Shown: in pieces, positions 56,866 to 64,000 of the stretch | How positions within the stretch are numbered: position 1 is the first letter of the stretch | Layout: each line of letters starts with the position of its first letter | NCBI GenBank assembly: GCA_951406725.2 | Contig: OX597828.1 | Location: 25,916,001-25,980,000 of the forward strand | DNA from: Octopus vulgaris | Taxonomy: Eukaryota | Length of the DNA: 64,000 nt | Direction: 5' to 3' | The notes under the pieces: generated by a model | Told to the model about the DNA's origin: nothing | Databases searched by the model: none | Seen by the model: only the letters and a program-made list of their open reading frames with translations | Program-made: the position numbers and the translations under genes

Positions 56866-56903
56866 TCTTTAACGTTTCGAGCCTACGCTCTTCAACAGAA
56901 AGA
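56866..56903 (-). ncRNA. Minimal Penelope-type hammerhead motif (A6U variant)
   Basis: UCUUU-CUGUUGA-A-GAGC-GUAG-GCUC-GAAA-CG-UU/AAAGA: 5-bp stem I, 4-bp stem II, palindromic ACGU stem III. Confidence 0.7.
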
Positions 56904-57725
56904 TACACAGAGAGAGAAAAACACAGAAAGAAGGAGAGAAAAAAATGCGTGCAGTAGCTAACGAATCAACATGGCGATCTGATTTCGGCCAGAGGTCAAA
57001 GATCAAACATGAGACGCGAGAGCGAAATAAGGGGAGATAATAGGGTTGAGGGACCAGCTAAAAGTGCGTGGGAGGGGTCTGGATGTGTATGTATAGGGTT
57101 GGTGTATGTATTAGTATGTATAAGGGTGTGTGTGTGTGTGTGTGTGTGTATGAGAGAGTATCAGTGCGTGGGATTGGTCTGGACGTGCGTATGTATGGGG
57201 TTGGTGTATGTATTAGTATGTATTAGTATGTATTAGTACGTATTGGTATGTATAGGTGTGTGTGTGTGTGTGTGAGAGAGTATAAGTGCGTATGCGGGGT
57301 CTGGACGTGTGTATGTATAGGGTTGGTGTAAGTATTAGTATGTACTAGTATGTATTAGTACGTATTAGTATGTATTAGTTGGTGTGTGTATTAGTATGGC
57401 ACATCATATGTGATGTGATGTGTAAAGTCATGTGGTGTAGTGAGGAGAAGAGGGGGAGGGGAGAAGAGGGGGAGAAGGGGAGGGGAAGAAGAGGGGAGGG
57501 GAGGGTGAAGAGGAGAGGATGGGGAGAAGGAAGGGGAGGAGAGGGATGAAGGAGGAAAGAGGGAGAGGGGGAGAGAGAAGGGGAGAGAGGGAGTGAGGGA
57601 GCAGAGGGAAGAGGAAGAGGGAGGGAGAAAGAGGGAAGAAGGGAAGGGGAGTAGGGGTGAAAGGATGAAGGACTGAAGAAGTGGGGGTCGGGGGAGAAAG
57701 GATAGGTGAGGAGGGGAGAGGGGGG

Positions 57726-59441
57726 TTAGATGAGGAGGGGGGAGAGTTGAGACCAAATGGCATATAAGAGCGAAGAGAGAAGATTAATTCCTGTTCACGG
57801 CGCAAACGGGAATCCGGATGGCCTCTGTGTAAGGACAAACCGAACACAGATAGGTGTTGCAAGGAGTGACCGGTGGAGCGGAAATGGCGTGAGACCGGTG
57901 TGTCGTTCGCAAGGTGGATGTCACGAAGGTGTTCCGCGAACCGGTCAGCCAAGCGGCGTCCCGTTTGTCCGATGTACAAGGAATTGCAGAGAGAGCAAGA
58001 GATGCAATAGATAATATTGCTGGAGGTGCAGGTGAAGGAGTGGATGATGGGATAGGGTCGATGGTGGGTGCTAGTGAGGCGGGTGGTGTTGGAGAGGTAA
58101 GGGCAAGTGCGGCAACGTGGGCGGGAGCAGGGGAACGAGCCGGGTTGGGAGGTAGGGTCAGGGAAGGAGCTATGGACCAAAAGGTCTCGAAGGTTGTGGG
58201 CTCGTTTGAAAGAGGGGAGGGGTCGGTTAGGGAAGAGGTGTGAAGTGGACGGGTCGGACTGGAGACGACGGAAAGCTCGAAGAATGGTGCGTTGGAGACG
58301 TAGGGTCGTGGGGTGGTAAGTGAGGGGAAAAGGGAGGCGGGAGACTACAGGGCGGGTTCGGGGAGAGAGAGCAGATACACGGTCCACGGACCGTGCTCTG
58401 GCAAGGGCGGTGTGGATAGTGGTGAGGGGGTATCCACGTAGGGTGAAGTGGTGAGCCATACGTTGAGACTGAGTCTCAAAGTCATGGTCGTCACTACAGA
58501 GCCTACGTAGACGGAGGAATTGGGAATAGGGGATGGAAAGCTTGGTGTGTTCTGGGTGGGAGGAAGAGAAGTTGAGGTATGAGTGTGAGTCTGTGTGTTT
58601 GTAGTGAATGGAGGTGGTAAGAGTGGAGTCAAGAATGCTAACCGAAATGTCGAGGAAGGAGACAGAGGTGTTGGAGATAGTGGAAGTGAAGTGGAGGGCT
58701 GGATGGAAAGATTGGACGAAAGAGAGGAAGGAATCTAGATGTTCGCGGGAGAGTGAGGTGGCACCGATAATGTCGTCAATATAACGACCATATAGTTCAG
58801 GAGTGGGACCAGTGAAAGTAGAGAATATTTGGGCCTCAACATAGCCAACGAACAGGTTCGCATAGTTGGGGCCCATTCGCGTTCCCATGGCCACTCCCGA
58901 GACCTGATGGTAGAACTCGCCCGCGAACGAGAAGCAGTTCAGAGTAAGGACAAGTTCGGCCAGACGAATGAGTGTGGAGGTGTCAGGTACAGGGTTAGAG
59001 CGGAGGTCAAGAAAGTGTCGAAGGGCCTGCAGTCCTTCGTGGTGAGGGATAACAGTAGAGAGGCTTTGGATGTCCATAGTAAAAAGGATTTTGGAGGAGC
59101 CGGGAGGAAAGGAGAAAGAGTTGAAAAGCCGGAGAGCATGGTTGGTATCGTGGATGTGGGAGGGAAGAGATGCCACTAGGGGGCAAGGACACGGTCGAGG
59201 TATTTAGAGATGAGCTCCGTGGGGCAGTTACAGGCGGAGACGATGGGGCGGCCAGGGTTGTTGGGTTTGTGGATTTTGGGGAGGAAGTAAATGGTGGGGG
59301 TACGTGGGGTTCGCACAATTAGGTTGGATGCGGTGCGGGGGAGACGGGAGGACGAGATGAGGTCTTGGACAGTAGAGGATACCGTCTGTTGGTAGCTACG
59401 TGTGGGGTTAGATGGCAGAGGGGAATAGAAGGAGGTGTCAT

Positions 59442-59443
<2 letters not shown>
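57726..59443 (-). CDS. Penelope-like RT/GIY-YIG polyprotein, partial, with homopolymer frameshifts
   Basis: YFLPKIHK, PGRPIVS, MDIQSL, GVAMGTRMGP, YIDD, FLD, CSRPRCRTC linker, NIIYCISC..C..LYIGQT, RFAEH, REQELI, PFGLN. Confidence 0.92.
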
Positions 59444-59502
<59 letters not shown>

Positions 59503-59516
59503 CATATATATATATA

Positions 59517-59746
59517 GAGTGGTTGTATACTGTCAACTTAACGTGACAGACCTGTAAGGGAATTACACCACTGCTGTTTAGCCCTAGGAAGCATCGACGC
59601 TTCCTGTCGGCCATGACACATTTCCTGTGTCCTTATATATTTACGAAGGGGCCTACAGGAAGTGTCGATGCTTTCTAGGGCTAAAACAGCGGTAGTGTAA
59701 TTCCCTTACGGGACTGTCACGTTAAGTTGACAGTATACAACCACTC
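59517..59746. repeat. Foldback/MITE-like element with ~95-bp arms
   Basis: gagtggttgtatactgtcaacttaacgtgacag...ttcctgt is mirrored by acaggaa...ctgtcacgttaagttgacagtatacaaccactc. Confidence 0.88.
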
Positions 59747-59804
59747 CATCGCTCCACCACCGTACATATCTCTATGAGATATTTAGAAATTTAATATTTC
59801 TGAT

Positions 59805-59835
<31 letters not shown>

Positions 59836-59876
59836 TCAAAAAAGGAGATGTGGAACACGAGTTGTGATATATAAAA

Positions 59877-60032
59877 AAAGGAAATGAAGAAAATGCTGAC
59901 AAAATAATTTAAGTAAGGAGAGTGTATTTAATTAGGTGAAAGTTCTTTTTTTAAACAAAAAAAGAACTTTCACCTAATTAAATACACTCTCCCTTACTTA
60001 AATTATTTTGTCAGCATTTTCTTCATTTCCTT
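59877..60032. repeat. Near-perfect palindrome with ~75-bp arms
   Basis: aaggaaatgaagaaaatgctgac...aagttcttttttt-aaac-aaaaaaagaactt...gtcagcattttcttcatttcctt. Confidence 0.92.
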
Positions 60033-60569
60033 TATATATATATATATGTATATACACAGATTGAACTCCCAAACACATTTTAATTAACTTCATTGCGAAA
60101 TTTATTTACTGTCAGTACTCAAAAAGTATTTAGAAATTAGTTGGAGTGGGGGCTATAACAAATACCACAATGAAATATAAAAACGGAAAGGATGAATTTC
60201 GAAAATATCCGTATGAAGGACATGGGTATATTTTATCTTACGGTCTTTTCTGGTTCTTCGGAAGCAAATTATTGTGGTTTACTCTCAGCTCAGTGCTTTC
60301 GAATTTCATCTCTAGTTTCTTTTACCTAACATCGTCCATAATTAATTAAATGAGAAGTTATACCAGATGATGTCTTTCTGTGCTTGATGGCGTAAAAGAC
60401 GCATGTGCATATTAACTGTTCCCCAATTTCAGCAACATTTACCCAGGAAAACGTTTTTAGTGCATTAGAGAATGTAATATTGGCCTAAATTTTAATTTTT
60501 TTAGGACACTTTTCGGCTGGAAAAGAAGTGCGTCTGGTATGCCATCAAAACGATAGTATTTTTCAATGA

Positions 60570-60800
60570 AGGCGGCGAGCTGGCAGAATCGTTAGCACGC
60601 CGGGCGAAATGCGTAGCCGTATTTCGTCTGCTGCTACGTTCTGAGTTCAAATTCCGCCAAGGTCGACTTTGCCTTTCATCCTTTCGGGCTCGATTAAATA
60701 AGTACCAGTTACGCACTGGGGTCGATATAATCGACTTAATCCATTTGTCTGTCCTTGTTTGTCCTCTCTGTGTTTAGCCCCTTGTGGGTAGTAAAGAAAA
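60570..60800 (+). mobile_element. Full-length SINE family A with a 12-bp TSD
   Basis: agtatttttcaa at 60555-60566 and 60802-60813. Confidence 0.92.
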
Positions 60801-60869
60801 AAGTATTTTTCAACGTCAAAATTTATGCGTTTTCAAAACGTTGTGGGGACTAGTAGCGTTTTTAAGGAA

Positions 60870-61102
60870 GCGGGATTCATTACGTGAGGCTCTTGAGAAA
60901 TGTGGATGAGATTGTTCGATCAATCTTCATGGAAATGGTCGGCAGGAACGCAAAAAGACTGAGGTCGAATTTTCCCTTCCTTGATGCACGGAAACCATTT
61001 CTGTGCAGTTCTCTCAGTAATAGCGCCTTCTCCGGAGGAAATGTCACAAGTGGCTTTGGAAACAGGTGTCGAAAATGTTTATATTTTTCTACTTGTCTGT
61101 TG
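60870..61102 (-). mobile_element. Mariner transposase N-terminal remnant
   Basis: RQVEKYKHFRHL and GEGAITERTAQKWF..KEGKFDLS across frames. Confidence 0.7.
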
Positions 61103-61616
61103 TCTGAAAAAAGGTAAAAATATATTTGAATTTCAAATACAATAAGCAAAAGTTGTAGAGGAAGAAAAGAAAAACTACAAAACACTATACTCATTCAACT
61201 ACAGCAGTAGCTGATCATTCAACCACGGTAGTAGTTGAATAATAATATTCCTAAGGCCGCAGTTTACTCACACGTAGCACCTTTCAGAGCTTGTCGCTAA
61301 TTCAGTTCTTAACCAAATTGAAAACTGTTAACATTTTTGAAAAGAACTGGTCTCTAGTTACATTTTGGCATAAAAAAACTGAGATTTGACCCAGTAGAAA
61401 AAAGTTTACATCAAAGTTTGTAGGAACGCTATAGGAGAGTAAGTAACGCCACCAATCAAGTTTAGATCTAAATAACTTTTTTACTTTAAAAGCAAAATAT
61501 ATTTATCTTAGCTTCAATGATAGAGGAAAGCATGAAGAATTTCATAGTTTTGTTCCCTTGCAACAAAAATTTGTATCGTAAAAGTTATGAGGTAAAATAT
61601 CATGAACAAATATATA

Positions 61617-61842
61617 TTTCTTTACTATCCACAAGGGGCTGAACACAGTGGGGACGAACAAAGACAGACAAACGGATTAAGTCGATTATATCGACCCCAG
61701 TGCGTAACTGGTACTTATTTAATCGACCCCGAAAGGATGAAAGGCAAAGTCGACCTCGGCGGAATTTGAACTCAGAACGTCACGGCAGACGAAATACGGC
61801 TACGCATTTCGCCCGGCGTGCTAACGTTTCTGCCAGCTCGCC
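61617..61842 (-). mobile_element. Full-length SINE family A
   Basis: Reverse complement of the family-A sequence. Confidence 0.9.
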
Positions 61843-62237
61843 ACACTGTGACTACCCCACCCATTCCCCAAAATTTCGGGCCTTGTCAATAGAGTAGAAA
61901 AGAATATTTTAACAAAATGGTGGTACCTTTTTTATTAATTATAATGTTACTTTGTAAAAATAGCTCACGACTAAAATTGTGAAGACTTGGCAATAACTTA
62001 GGCAATAACTCAAGCAAATTTTACAGCGAATTTGTTGTTATAGATAGATTTTACTGTAACTAATTTTTGTATTATTCTGTTTGTTGTACTAATTATGTAC
62101 TACCATTATTTGTCATAACCTATTTTCAAATTTCTAATTATTGATTAATAATTAAAATATGACTTTTCTTAAAGTGTAAAAGATATTTTAATTTAATTAT
62201 TTTTTAATTTTTGATAGAAATAACAAGTAATAACGTG

Positions 62238-62520
62238 CGGGCACATAGCTTAGTGGATCGAGCAGCGGACTCGCGGTCGAGGGATCGCGGGTTCGAATCT
62301 CAGACCGGGCGATGTTTATGAGCGAAACACCTAAGTGGCTCCGGCAGAAGGTAATGGCGAACTTCTGCTGACTCTTTCGCCACAACTTTCTTTCATTCTT
62401 TCCTCCTGCATATATAGCTGCGACGGACCGGCGTCCCGTCCAGGTGGGGAACCTATACGCCAATGAAACCGGGAAACCGACGCTTATGAGCCAAGCATGG
62501 CTGGAAAAGGAACAAAGAAC
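62238..62520 (+). mobile_element. tRNA-derived SINE, family C
   Basis: tagcttagtgg A box, gggttcgaatctc B box. Shares its body with 9008-9335. Confidence 0.75.
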
Positions 62521-62822
62521 AAGTAATAACAAATAGAAGTAATAACACTTTTAGTTTTGATAAAAGCTAATATTTTCTAAATCTAAACATTTTATTTGAA
62601 ATTTTATCATTAGCTGCAATATTTTAAATAAAAGATTTCTTGTCCTGTACTTTACCAGATGTAATAAGTTGTCCTGAACTTTTCCAAGTCTAATAACTTG
62701 TCCTGTAATTTTCCAGGTTTATAATCTTATGATTATTTCTCTTGTTCGCATTTTACCATGTAATAAACTTATTCTTATATATTTTCCTATTAAAGTACAT
62801 CCTATATTGGCAACGCTAAATA

Positions 62823-62862
<40 letters not shown>

Positions 62863-64000
62863 TTACAGCGTTGAAGAATCTTGTCAGCAATTTACAAATA
62901 CAGCTAAAATGTGTTAAATTCATTTTCAGTTATTTCTAAATAGTATCGGACATTCTGTTCCCAATCTTACCAAATGTTGCATCGGTCTCTAACAGGAGGA
63001 CTATAGGATCAGGGAGCAGTTGCAGGGCAAGACAGAACTTTCTTCTAGATTTTATTAGATATGTTACTATTGAGTAATAAACAAAAGTAAATACCGCCGT
63101 AATCCGGCGTTCGAATAATGCATCCACGTTAAATAGGATATAAAGATGGCCGTTCGGTATTAATGCTGCTTCCGTAGTAAAGACATATCAAATACAAGAG
63201 CTTTTAAGTAAATTTTTCAATGGCTGGCATAAAAATATATACATGGCATGTATATACATATATATTCATGTGTATGTACTTATGTTTATGTGTGCGCGTG
63301 TGTATGTAATACTAAAAATACGAAACAGCTTAATAGAAAGAAATTTTTTTCCAGGCAACTCTTCTATTATTATAATTAATTATATTTACATTTAGATTTG
63401 AAAAAAAATTATACTATTGTAAATTTTTTTTTTAAGTAAAAAATATGTACAAACTTAGGAATATTGTTTGCACCTAAAATAACGAAGCAGCGTATCTATT
63501 CGTGTCGATAAACTCTTCCGTTTGAGTTCAAATATTTTTCTCTTAAAAAGAGAAAAAATATTTTGATTTCTTAAAATTATCTCTTTTTCATCCTCATATA
63601 GGTTTATACGATGTTTTCATCATAAAATTCATTTCACAGAGCATTTTCATTTAAACACAAGTTTGCTTGTCAAATTTTGGGGTTACTTAGCAGATATTTC
63701 GTCACTTAAAACCACACTACTTTTTAAGGAAATTTTAATCAAGAGTCTACTCAATAAATATATCCTTTAAAACCCAATTAATCCATACTTTTCGTTTAAC
63801 ATAACGGAGATATTTTGATCCAAACTTTTCTCTTTACTCTCCCATTTTTCACCTCATGTATTTTGACCAAATTTCCTTTATTTTATCTCAATATGTAGCG
63901 TAGAATTGGACCATCATTGATAAAAAAAAAACAACCCCTATTCAATTTAGTTGAGAAATGAATCAGAGATGAAGTCTAAAAGTGCTCGCGAGGAAGTTGA

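Larger units (their letters stand above)
56767..59443 (-). mobile_element. Penelope-like retroelement (Neptune-like), 5'-truncated, in (TA)n
   Basis: RT + GIY-YIG ORF, low-complexity spacer and a 3' pLTR with hammerhead motif. (TA)n at both ends. Confidence 0.93.

Noticed and set aside
57428-57725. Pro/Ser-rich C-terminal extension of the 582-aa ORF
   Set aside because: It is read-through into a pyrimidine-rich spacer after the PFGLN terminal motif, probably caused by a homopolymer indel.
60880-61110. Apparent exon behind a tttttcag acceptor on the minus strand
   Set aside because: It translates across frames as a mariner transposase N-terminus.
62238-62312. Possible tRNA gene (also 9008-9080)
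   Set aside because: A and B boxes are present but there is no clean cloverleaf. It continues into a shared repeat body, so it is a SINE head.

Overview
AT-rich eukaryotic intergenic or intronic DNA with no recognisable host exon. The microsatellite load and the SINE families suggest an octopus or other coleoid mollusc genome (inference, not verified). Most of the window is simple repeats [(TA)n, (TG)n, (TAA)n, (TACA)n, (GATA)n, (GAA)n, (TGAG)n], which account for most ORFs in the supplied track. Embedded mobile elements include a 5'-truncated but otherwise near-intact Penelope-like retroelement (RT + GIY-YIG, ~56.8-59.4 kb, minus), older Penelope remnants, R4/Dong-type RLE non-LTR fragments, an RTE 3' end, a decayed Ty3/Gypsy pol, mariner/Tc1/maT-like DNA transposon remnants, at least three tRNA-derived SINE families and a 5S rRNA-derived copy. 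The most notable signal is a set of hammerhead-ribozyme (HHR) motifs in non-coding repeats that mostly sit in or beside dinucleotide microsatellites. These are a complete type I HHR in a 461-bp tandem unit (30.7-31.35 kb, retrozyme-like), an HHR inside a 310-bp palindrome (3.2-3.5 kb), and minimal Penelope-type HHRs with a recurrent A6-to-U core variant. All structures were read by eye; boundaries are approximate.
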